From Podarcis vaucheri (taxonomy: Eukaryota), in assembly GCA_965113315.1 (NCBI GenBank), contig OZ220370.1: a stretch of DNA of 64,000 nt; one strand, given 5' to 3'. The translations under genes were made by a program, and so were the position numbers. Positions within the stretch are counted from its first letter, which is position 1. Each line of letters starts with the position of its first letter. This document shows positions 1 through 10,602 of the stretch, one piece after another. Below the pieces are notes generated by a model. The model made no database searches. It worked only from the letters and a program-made list of their open reading frames with translations, and had not been told where the DNA came from.

Positions 1-1893
1 TTTCCAACCCTTGTTTGTGATCACCACCGATTCTCTCCCCCGGCATATACACACACAATGTGATCTTTTCTCAATTGGCTGGGGCTGAAGAAGGCAAGAA
101 ACAGGGGGAGTCGCTTCTACTGCTTGAAAACATCCCCTGTTCTTACTTTCTCCACACTGCAGTGCAAACAGAGAGGAAATCTGTGTGCAGATAGGCATGT
201 TATTGGATTTGAAGACACCTGCTCTTCAATAACTCTAGGAGTAGCCCTTTAATGGATGCAGCTTTAATTGTTCCCTGTAGAACTTCCCTCCACATGGTAA
301 GGCTTCATTTTTGCAGGGGTTTTAATGCAAACCCCTTTCTGATTGGGCAGCCCTCCTAAAATGAAAGGTTTCCTCATTTTACCACCCTGTGGTGAATTGT
401 CTGTCCTGGGAAAAAGTGTGCCCTTACTGCTTATCAGTTTCATTGAAACCAAAATGAGAGGGGGAACTCTGCTTTAGCAGCAGTTTCAGTACAAACTGCT
501 GATGGACAAGAGAGCCAAGTCTGCTTTCTGATGGGGTAGGCAAGTCTTGCTGGCTTCATGGTGCTTTGATGTCCCACCAAATCATCTGATGTCAGTGATG
601 AACACGGTTTTGACACCCCCCCCCATACTTGTCAAATTTTGGCCCATGAGGCCAACCTGATAAGGATTTGGCCCACAGAGCCAAAAAGGTTCATAAATTT
701 AGGTTTGCACAATTAAAGTGGATTAAAGCAGCCTGCCACCATAGCGAATCAAATTCACTTTTTAAAGAATAGACTTTTTGCAGTTAAGAAAGTGGCTGGG
801 AAATGCACTGTAAAGTATGGAATGGATGAATGATTAACAGCAAGATGTATCAGCACAAATCAGGTTGAAGGCTCATTGTTATATAACCTCCCCACAAGCA
901 AATCAGAATTAATCCCCAGTGAAGACTACACATTGTCTAACCTCAGTGTAAGCCTAGTGCAAGCAAATCAGGATGAATGGTCAATAAACAAGTTACCCTA
1001 GGAGGAGCTTTATACTTATCCTTTAAATATTTAAAGGATCACTCTAGTGATCCTTTAAATATTTACAAATAAATGTCAGTTGCTTATTTTGAATCAAGAT
1101 AGCCTTTATTTATTTTTTGGCTTCTAATTTCCTCATTCCATCCACACAACTGTTTTAGAAATGTTATGCACAAAGGCTACACAGGTGATTCAAAACCTGC
1201 CAAGTTTGTACAGTTCTCATATGAATTACCTTGCTTGCTGTAAAACGAACTATTGTCAAGTTTGTCCAGATGATAAAACATAAGGAAGATATTTTTATTT
1301 TTCCTGTAATGATATGTGTGGCGGCAGCAGTCACTGAATGGGGACTGGTTCGTTGGAGGAGAGCTTCCTGCCAAGTAGAGCACAGCATTTTTATTGACGA
1401 GTACACACAAAAGGGGGGGGGAGAAAAGAAAGCAACATTTTGGAAAGCGGAAGAAAGAAAAGCAATGCAGTCACCCAAGGGAGTTACTGCAGAAGCAGTA
1501 ATCTGAAATATCCAGGCATCTTGCCAGCTGCTTCAGAAGGCTGAGTTAATCAACACTTTGATGTTTCTTGCCAATCCATGCTGTGGTGTAATACTTCCTT
1601 AGTGCAAAAGTATATGTTAATTTCCCCCCTGTTTATTGCCACCCTAAACCTTTAAACATCTTCTATGGATCCATTTATTTAGATGTATGCAAGAAGTAAA
1701 CTACTGTTATCTTTGAAAGATACATCTTTATTATTCAATTTGCTGCAGTTAATAATTTCCTGGTGGTAGCTTTTATCAGTGCTATGATTTGATATAGCAT
1801 TTACATTCTCTACACTAAGCACAGTGATTTGCGCAGTGCTTCTGAAGCACCCAACCACCAGCTGGTTGACAGGCACTTTGGAAGTGCCATGTA

Positions 1894-2413
1894 CCGTATT
1901 TTTCGCTTTATAAGATGCACATTTTCCCCTCCAAAAATTAAGGGTGAATGTGTGTGCGTCTTACGGAGCGAATGCAGGCTCCTTGGCTTCAGTGATGGCA
2001 ATGCAAGGCCTCCGAAGCGCAGTGGGAGCGCTCCCGCCGCGCTCTGGAGGCTTCGCGTTGCTTTCGCTGAAGCCTGGAGAGGGAGAGGGATCGGTGCGCA
2101 CCGACCCCTCTCGCTCTCCAGGCTTCAAGGATAGCCACCTGAAGCCTCTGGAGCGCAGCGGGAACTCCTGCTGCACTCCGGAGGCTTCGGGTTGCCTTCA
2201 CTGAAGGCGAAGGCAATGTGGGAGAGGGGGAGGGAGAGCTGCGCAGCACCCCTTCAGCTAATTGGGAGGAGAAATGGAATGGGCTCCATTTCTCCTGCCA
2301 CTTTGCTGAAGGGGCGCTGCGCAAAGAGGGGGAGAATTTTTTTTCCTTGTTCTCCCCCTCTAAAACAAGGTGCGTCCTATGGTCGGGTGTGTCCTATAGA
2401 GCGAAAAATACGG
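1894..2413. mobile_element. Non-autonomous Tc1/mariner-pogo-type MITE (CCGTATTTTTCGC TIR family)
   Basis: TIRs ccgtatttttcgctttataag / ctatagagcgaaaaatacgg. TA at 1892-1893 and 2414-2415. Interior made of serial GC-rich hairpins. Confidence 0.85.
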
Positions 2414-3579
2414 TAATTAACAGTGCCTGACCCTTCCCACCAATCCTTGCCTATCCCACACATAACATCATATATGATATATATGGGGGCCAAATAGCCT
2501 GACAGAGAAATGGGGAGGCCTGACAGGTGGGAGTTCTACACCTGATTTCAAAAATAATATTGGTGCAAAGTGGACTCCTCTAGTAAGTGCAGCTTGGTCT
2601 CCAAGCTGTTTCTGCTGACTGCTGAGAGCAATCAATCTTCTGGTTCTGGCACTTGAGCCTAGAGGTGCTATCCCTGCTTTTCTTCACTGATTCAGCCAAG
2701 CACTGCTGGTCCTCCCTTGCTTGTTCCTTGATTCCCAGGCCAGAGTTTAGGTAGAGACATGGTATCTTCCCCTGAATCACTGGGTAGGCCCATGGGACAC
2801 TCCAGCATCAGACTTCTCAAGAATAGAGCCCACATGTTGCAACATTTGGTCAGGTGTGTTAAAACATCATGGCTTGAATATGGCTAGGTACTGAGTAAGA
2901 ACTTCCCAACTCTCAGTCACCACACCACTTCAAACTCTAGATTACATAATCCGTATTTGCTGCATATCAACACCTGAAAAAAATCTTCTGTATTTTTCAG
3001 AATGTATATATGTATATATGACTTCACTGTTGCATCTCAACTGAATGAAGCAAGGCAGTGCCAGCTGTTGAATTATTAATTATTAATCAATTGTCATCTA
3101 AGGTCAGTTTGCTGTCTTCAAAGCACTTGATGCTATTTCTTTTTGAGATAGAGAAGAAAAGAGTTGGTCTATACATGCATCACAATGAGAGGGTAGAATG
3201 AACCGTACAACTTCAGACTGCAGGTGGGGAGCAAAACTTGAGGACACAAAACCAGCACAACAGAGTCTTTGTCAAAAATCTTCTAGTTTTCCATTTGTTA
3301 TGTGGGGGAGAATTCAAAAATAGTATCCCACTTGTAGTCCGAAGCAGTGTAATCTATTCTGCTGCCATTTATCTTTAAATTTTATGTTGTTGCTTTTAGA
3401 ATTGTATGGTTTGATTTATTTGCATTATGATTTTAGATAATATATTGGAAACTGCCCTGTGATTTTACTTGTAACGAATAGCAGTTTACACATTTCGTTA
3501 ATAAACGTTAAATATTCACCTACCTCATTCTGTGTGCCATGTGTAGAGCCAGACAGAGAAACTAAGGAAAACAGCACGT

Positions 3580-3581
<2 letters not shown>

Positions 3582-3613
<32 letters not shown>
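3582..3613. repeat. (GT)16 microsatellite
   Basis: Read directly from the sequence. Confidence 0.95.
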
Positions 3614-3615
<2 letters not shown>

Positions 3616-5472
3616 AAATAAATTGGCATTCACCTGACACTGTTGGGTTGCTGCTCTAGTTACTTTGACTCTTAATATCAACGATTAATTTTCAGTTGCA
3701 CTGCTTAAAAGTTTCAGGCTTCATTTATATTGATTTCTCCTGTACCTGGTAATCCTGGGAAGATGGACCATATGCTGATACATTATAATCCATTAAGTCT
3801 CTCTGAAGTTAATGAAGTTGCCCAAAGTGCGTGTAAGCATGAGAATTGGCCTGCATGTGATTCTTAGATGGCTTATAACTGGGTCACAAATAATTAACTT
3901 TCAGACATTTTAGATTAATATCAATGTAGCATGTACATTAGCCAGGCTTTGGGGTGATTTTGTTGTTGTTGTTTGCTATTTGAATAGATAGCGCTGTGGT
4001 TTTGGTTTTGGCTGATGAAGATGTATAAATCTTGCGTTCTGCTTCTCTAGTTTATTTTTAACAAAAACAAAATCAAAATAAAATAAAGCATGTAATTAAT
4101 TTGAGAAAGATCAGTAATTGTGAATACTCCAAGTATGGTGAGGCGATGACAGTAGCTTTCTGGGTTGTTGGGCTCTCTTAAAAAGTTGGTGAAAGAGGCT
4201 TGCTAATCCTTAGTGGTTTCTTTTGAAATTGAATAGCGGTAGATATTTATTACTCAACATGCAGCAGAGGTCATTAAAAAAGACAACTATATACGTCAGT
4301 TGCTTGACTTTGGCAGATGGTTCTACATACACGGACATTTAGCATATGTTTTCAAAAGCCAAAATGGAAATCATATGACTTGCAAGGCTGTTTTATAAGA
4401 TTGGAGGTCTCTTATAGTTACTGTGAGACCTTTTGTTAAAGGTAGATCTGCCCTGAGAGTTTCTGAGCAAATTCTAATAACAAACAGGATCTGGTTTTTT
4501 ATTAGCAGGGCAATTATATTCTTACATAGCTCCCAGTTGGCTTTTGCAGAGTTTTCAAGCAAACTGTTTTCAAGGACTGCTGAGATACTAGAAAACAAAA
4601 TAAATGTGCAAGCTAGCTTCATGAATCTCAAGCGTTTGACTAACACACACTTGGTAATGTAAAGTCAGCCTGGCTATGATTTCTTGTATACACCAGGCTC
4701 CTTTGTCCATCTGTGCTTAATTGTAAGTGATAGGCAAAGGCAGAAGCTTTTAGCGGTTTAATCGCCAGCCAATTTCTTCCTCTTGAAAATGGATGTGACA
4801 GTGAAATGCCTTCTACCAGGCCAGGTATTTATGGTCTTTTAAAATTAGTTAAATGTTTGTCGTCCATCTTAGTTTATAGTGCTTCCTATGTACTATATGT
4901 ACAGTGTACTTCTATGAACCCTGTCTAGAGTTAGATAATGTACATGCCATGGCTTCTATAAATGGTGAAAGAAAGCAGCAGGGATGGCAAGAAATCCCCT
5001 CTTCCCTTAAGAATCGACCTCATAGATAAACAAAAGTTGTACTCTTCCCTGAACTCTGTTTTGCATGCTTCCACAACGACTAATGACAGCAACACTTAAG
5101 CTGCTTTCAGACAGCACTTTATTCCATTTTCATGTGTTACCTTACCAGATAATTTCCTCATTATTTGATCTTTCACATAATATAAAGGCCAATTCTGGAA
5201 ATCTTGTCATAATTATGGGTCCTGCTACTGAAATCAGGTTGCATGACTGAGTTTTGAACACATTGTTTATCAACTCGAGTACCAAACTCCTAAGCAATTA
5301 CTTGATGCATAACTTCAATATAATTCCTTGGAATTTCAGATTTCAAATAGACTGAAAATTGAACAAACTGCCCTGTTTACCACACCCTGAGCAATAGTAA
5401 ACTGCATTGTAGCTGCTAGGTGGCATACGTTCCCTCTGGATGACAAATGCCATCAAACTGACAGAGACTTGC

Positions 5473-5905
5473 TGTAATGGTTGTAGGGGTTGCTCGTGCG
5501 TAAATCGGCGCCACACCTGGTGGGTTGCCTGAGTGAACCCTTTCTGTCTGGACAGCCACTCGCCCGTGGCTGTCTCAATCGCTGGCAGAATCCATCAGTG
5601 GGCGTTTCTTGAACTTCTTCCAGCAAAGAAGCTCCTTGACGCCTAGTCTCCGCCTAGTCTCCCTGCGCGGAAGCCTTCTGCGCAGGGAGGGCGTGGGCAG
5701 TGGAGGACCCGTGCTCTCCCCGCTGGTCCCCGGCGAGGAGTCATGGAGCCACCTCGCCGATTCCCCCATCTGCCCCCCTTTTCCACTGGTGCTACGCTGA
5801 TTTCCTTCCCCAGAAGATGTGCTGCTTCTCTCCCTCCCGGGACGCTCTCTGGAAACCCTCTGGAGCCCTCCCTCTCCCTCTGGCTCCGATGGCAGTTCCC
5901 TGACA
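5473..5905 (-). repeat. 3' LTR of the Gypsy element
   Basis: Matches 10603-11035 with 7 substitutions and no indels by eye (about 98.4%). Confidence 0.97.
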
Positions 5906-5920
5906 TCCACCTCCTCCCCA
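5906..5920 (-). promoter_or_regulatory. Polypurine tract (plus-strand primer)
   Basis: Minus strand reads tggggaggaggtgga, abutting the TGTCA start of the 3' LTR. Confidence 0.85.
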
Positions 5921-8900
5921 GGACGCCCTCCACCCCGGCGCGATTTTCTGACACAACCTCGTCTCTTTCCTCGGCCGACGATGCGGGGAATCCCTTGAAG
6001 GAGCTGTCACCATCCTCTGAGGATTCAAAACCAGCCTTCCACCCACTCCGATCTCTCCCCGCAGGGTGGACCACCCAGTCTGATTCTTCTCCCTCTGACA
6101 CCTCTCCTCCCTCCTCTTCAGAGGCAGGAAGACCCACAAAGTCCCCTTCGTCGTCTGTGGTTCCAAATTCTTCCTCCCAGAATCTCGCTAGTGGTTTGGG
6201 CTTATCCGGGAACAAACTGTGAAATTCTTCCACCAGATACCCGTCATTGATTGACTCAGCGGGGACCCACGGGTTCTCACTCCCAAGCTACCAAGTACTC
6301 CACCTGGCGACCTCGCCACCTTGAATCAAGTATTTCCGTGGCTTGGTTGCGGTGTTCCCTCTCCTCTACCCGCGGGTGGGTGGTGACTCCTCCCTCCCAC
6401 CCCGGATATTCCCGCCCCTCCCTGTTTGGTGTGAGTAGGGACCTATGGAACAACAGATGTATCTTCATGCTGTCCGGCAACTTGAGTTTGAACGCCACTG
6501 GGTTCACCTGCTGTGTTACCTCAAAAGGCCCCAGCCGCCTCGGCTGCAACTTCTTGCACCCTTCCTTTAGGGGTAACCCTTGTGTTGACAACCACACCCG
6601 GTCTCCTACCCGTATGGCCTCCCCCTCCCGATGGTGCTTGTCTGCCTGCCTCTTGTAAACTTCCTTGGCCCGCTCCAAGTTCATCTTGAGTTGCTGGTGC
6701 AAGGCCTCCATTTCTTCTATAAACTGCTCGGCCACAGGTATACTCCATGCTTCCTCCCCCCTCCCCGGGAGGGCCCTGGGGTGACACCCATAATTGGCCA
6801 TGAACGGGCTCATTCCCATGGACACATGTTCAGCGTTATTGTACGCAAATTCAGCCAAAGCTAGTTTCTCTACCCAATCGTTCTGTCTCTCGCTGACGTA
6901 GCAGCGTAGGTATTGCTTGAGTATACTGTTCGCTCTCTCTGCTTGTCCATTGGTTTCTGGGTGTCTCGCCGTTGAGAAGCTCACCTCCACCTGTAGCAGG
7001 CTCATGAGCTTTTCCAGAACCTGGAAGTAAATTGTTTCCCGCAATCCAAGATTACCCTCGAGGGAGCCCCATGCAGTCTGAAAATGTGATCCACAAACAA
7101 CCTGGCTGTCTCCTCTGCCATCACCGCGTGTGAGCAGGCTATGAAATGTCACATTTTTGTCAGTAGATCGACTACTACCATGACTGCTGTCTTCCCCCTT
7201 GACTTGGGCAAATCTGTCATAAAATCAATAGACACTACCTCCCAGGGCCTTCCCGGTGTAGGTAAGGGTTCCAGTAACCCTGCTGGGGCAGCCCTCTCTC
7301 CCTTTGCCCTCTGGCATCGGTCGCACCCCCGTACATATTCCCGTACGTCTTCCCTCACCTTTGGCCACCAGAACTGCCTGGTGACGAGCAGCATGGTCTT
7401 GTGCTGTCCAAAGTGGCCAGCTGTTGGGTTGTCATGGAGCTGTTTAAATACCTTCCCCCTCAAGGTCTCCCCCGGTACGGACAGTGCCCCCTTATAGTAC
7501 AGTAGCCCTTCCTTTTCCTCAAACCCTCCATGGTCTTCCCTTCTGTCCCAGAGTTCCCTGATTTTTGCTTGAGCGAACACGTCGTCTCTAGTAAGCCCTG
7601 CCAGTTCTCGTTTCCCAACCAACGTTCCCCCACACACCCACCGGTCCTCGGGAAACACGTGTCGGGTTTCCGGTGGTCCCTCTCCCTCCAGGTATTCTGG
7701 TTTCCGGGAGAGAGCATCTGCTCTTACATTTTCCTCTCCCGGCACATATCTGATCTCGAAGGAAAACTTGGCGAACTCCTGGGCCCATTGAACCTGTCTC
7801 TGGTTGAGCACTCGCGCGGTCCGCCAGTATTCCAAGTTCTTGTGGTCAGTACAAACCTGGATCTTGTGCCGCGCCCCTATCAACAGATGTCTCCATTGCT
7901 GAAACGCCGCGTAGATCGTAAGCAGTTCGCAGTCATACACTGTGTAGTTTTGCTCTGACTTGCTCAGCTTCCTTGAGAAAAAGGCACATGGCCTCCAGTC
8001 CTGCTTAGCCCTGGGCTGCAAAAGGACCGCTCCCACAACTTGGTCGGACGCGTCCGTCTCCAGTCTCATGGGCTTCTCCAGATCAACGTGCAGGAGCTGC
8101 TCTTCCGAAGCGAACGCCCTCTTCATCCTTTCAAAGAATTGCTGGGCACTTTCTGTCCACGCGAACTTCTTTTTGCTACTGAGACAATCTGTTATGGGCG
8201 CTGTCAAGTGAGCGAAATTCTTTATGAACTTCCTGTAGAAGTTGCTGAACCCTAAGAACCTCTGCACATCTTTCCGGGTTTGGGGGGCTTTCCATTCCAG
8301 CACTGCCTTCACCTTGCCTGGGTCCATAGCTAGGCCCTTGTCTGACAACTTGTACCCCAGAAACCCGACCTCCCTGGCGTGAAATTGGCATTTTTCCAGC
8401 TTGACCCACAACTGATGCTTCTGCAGTCTCTGTAGCACTTCCCTGACGTCTCTGACGTGTTGCCTCTCATTGTCTGAATAGATTAAGATGTCATCCAAAA
8501 AGGCTACGCAATTCTTGTACAGCAGGGGCCCCAACACGTGGTGCATGAATGCTTGAAAGCAGGTGGAGCCCGATTGTAATCCAAATGGCATGACTAAGTA
8601 CTCGAAGGCCCCCAGGGGGGTGAACATGGTCGCTTTCCATTCGTCCCCCTCCCTTATCCTAATTAAATTGTATGCCCCCCTGAGGTCCAGCTTGGTAAAA
8701 ATCTTCTCCTGCCTCACCCGGGTTAAAATGTCATCAATCCTTGGCATTGGGAAGGTCACGGGTTCTGACACCAGGTTCAAAGCCCTATAATCTACGACCA
8801 ACCTGGGCTGATTGGTCTCCTTTTTGTCCACAAAGAACACTGGACTGCCCCCCACCGCCTTTGATTCCCCCTCTTCAGGTTCTTGTCAATAAACTGCTGC

Positions 8901-9539
8901 AACTCCTGCATCTCCCGGTCGGACATGGTGTACAGCTTACCCACCGGCAACTGAGCCCCTAGGAGTAGGTTGATTTGGCAGCCAAAGGGCCTGTGGGGGG
9001 GTAGTCTATCTGCCTCCCTCTCGCTGAAGACCTCCTTCAGATCAGCATATTGTGGTGGCATCTCCCCTTTTTGTTCCACATCCAGCCCAACCACCCTGAC
9101 CACCGTCATTCTTGGGTTCTTCCCTCCCAGACAGTGTCCTAAGCAGTAAGCTGACCCAAAGGTGACTGACCGCTGATGCCATGACACTACTGGATCATGC
9201 AGTGCCAGCCAGCTCATTCCCAGTATTATTCAGGGTTCTGCCAGTGTGGCCACGTGAAAGGCAATGGTCTCTGTGTGCCTGGAAACCCTCATTCGCATTG
9301 GTGGGGTCTGGTGTGTCACTTCCCCTCCCAGAAGTTCCCTGCCATCGATAGTTGTCACCTGCAAGGGAAAATCCAGAGGCAACAGGTGGAGTTGGTGCTC
9401 CAGAGCGAAGTCTCTGCTGAAGAAATTACACGAGCTGTCCGAATCCAGCAGTCCCTTAACTTTGACAGGGTGCCCATTCGGGAGTTCTAGCACCACTTCG
9501 ATGGCTATAGCTGCCTTGGGAGGTCAGGCTGGGTCACTT

Positions 9540-10552
9540 CTATTGGTTGCTGGCCTGGCTACTGCCCCTGCTGGTTGGCAGCCAGGCGTTGTCGTTTCCC
9601 TGTGCCTGCCCTTCCTCCCCCTTCTCGTCATGACCTGCTGCCCCCACCATCTCTTGCCAGGCTTTTCGTTGAGGGCAGACCTTAGCAAAATGTCCTGGTC
9701 GTTCACAGAGGAAACACTTCTTGGTAGTTTTCCACTCCTTTCCCTCCCTTTTACGACCTTCACCGGAGTTTGAAACCTCGCGCGCGCCATCAATTTCCAT
9801 TGGCTCTGCCGCCTGGGGAGGCTCCCTTGGTATCTCAGGAATGTGGTAGTCATGGAAATGTTCCCCTCTCATTTCCCGCTTCTCCTGAGCCCGCGCTTCT
9901 TGGCGTACGCCTATCGCGAGCACAGCCTTTGTGAGCTCATCCATCGACCGTGGCTGGGGCGCTCGGGACAACTCGCCTTTCACTTCGGGGGAAAGACCCG
10001 CCTCAAACAACATTTGTATCGGTTCAGAGTCCAGATCCCACCCGAGCCGGTGTACTAACATCACAAAACGTGACCAGTAGCTTCTGACGGACTGGCTCCC
10101 CTGCTTGCACCCCATCAGTTCCCGCCGTGTCACGCTTTGCTCCACCTCACTGGAGAACATCGCGTCCATTCCCTGAAGGAATTTCTTAAGGTCCTTCAAG
10201 GCATCATGTTGCATCGCCATTAGGGGCCTGATCCATTCACGCGCCCCATCCTGCAGATGCCCCACAATGTAAGCCACCCTCTCCCCGTCATCAGCAAAGT
10301 CATTTTTTGGGAAGCTCCAAAGCATACTGCACTTCCGTTCGGAAAGCATTGTAGTCTTGGGGCTTTCTACAAAATTTGTGTACCATTCCTTGCGATGGGG
10401 GTGGCTCTGACCTGTGCATGCTGAGCCCGTCTTTCCTCCAGCCGCGCCGTCAGGATAGCTACGTGCGTCTCCAAGTCTCGGTTCCTCTTGACCAGACTCC
10501 GCACCGCAGCTGGTTGCTCCGTCTCTCCAGCTGTTCCTGTTTGGCTCATCAT
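9540..10552 (-). pseudogene. gag: Gypsy gag (coiled coil, capsid, CCHC zinc knuckle), frameshifted
   Basis: ATG at 10552 (MMSQTG...). Two apparent frameshifts near 10390 and 10305. Capsid-like ERVAYIVGHLQDGAREW and QGSQSVRSY, then PMEID and the zinc knuckle CFLCERPGHFAKVC. Confidence 0.9.
9553..9600 (-). promoter_or_regulatory. -1 programmed ribosomal frameshift signal (G GGA AAC plus stem-loop)
   Basis: Slippery heptamer at 9600-9594 in gag frame. Six nt downstream, GCCTGGCT...AGCCAGGC forms a stem. The -1 frame is the protease frame. Confidence 0.8.
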
Positions 10553-10589
10553 GCTGCCTCTCCGGGGCTGCGCACAAGCAATGTCAGGG

Positions 10590-10600
10590 ACTGACGGATT
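10590..10600 (-). promoter_or_regulatory. Self-priming primer-binding site (non-tRNA)
   Basis: Minus-strand AATCCGTCAGT lies 2 nt after the 5' LTR and is the exact complement of ACTGACGGATT inside the LTR (10729-10719). There is no TGG tRNA-type start. Confidence 0.8.
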
Positions 10601-10602
10601 GC

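Larger units (their letters stand above)
5643..9600 (-). pseudogene. pol: Disrupted Gypsy pol: aspartic protease, RT, RNase H, integrase with GPF motif, chromodomain and acidic tail
   Basis: Protease LLDSDS (DSG site altered). RT motifs KLDLRGAY, MPFGL and FLDD. RNase H ETDAS and TDHKNL. Integrase HHCC (HDNPTAGH...CDRC), SIDF, HPETNGQAERAN and GPF. Chromodomain ILDSRWRGRQVEYLVAW...ENPWVP. In-frame stops at 9524, 9230 and 7149, with frameshifts near 8860, 7040 and 6277. Spread over ORFs 9230-9496, 8792-9217, 7149-8855, 6277-7152 and 5643-6233. Confidence 0.93.

Noticed and set aside
10590-10602. tRNA primer-binding site
   Set aside because: No TGG start. The site is better explained by complementarity to the LTR.
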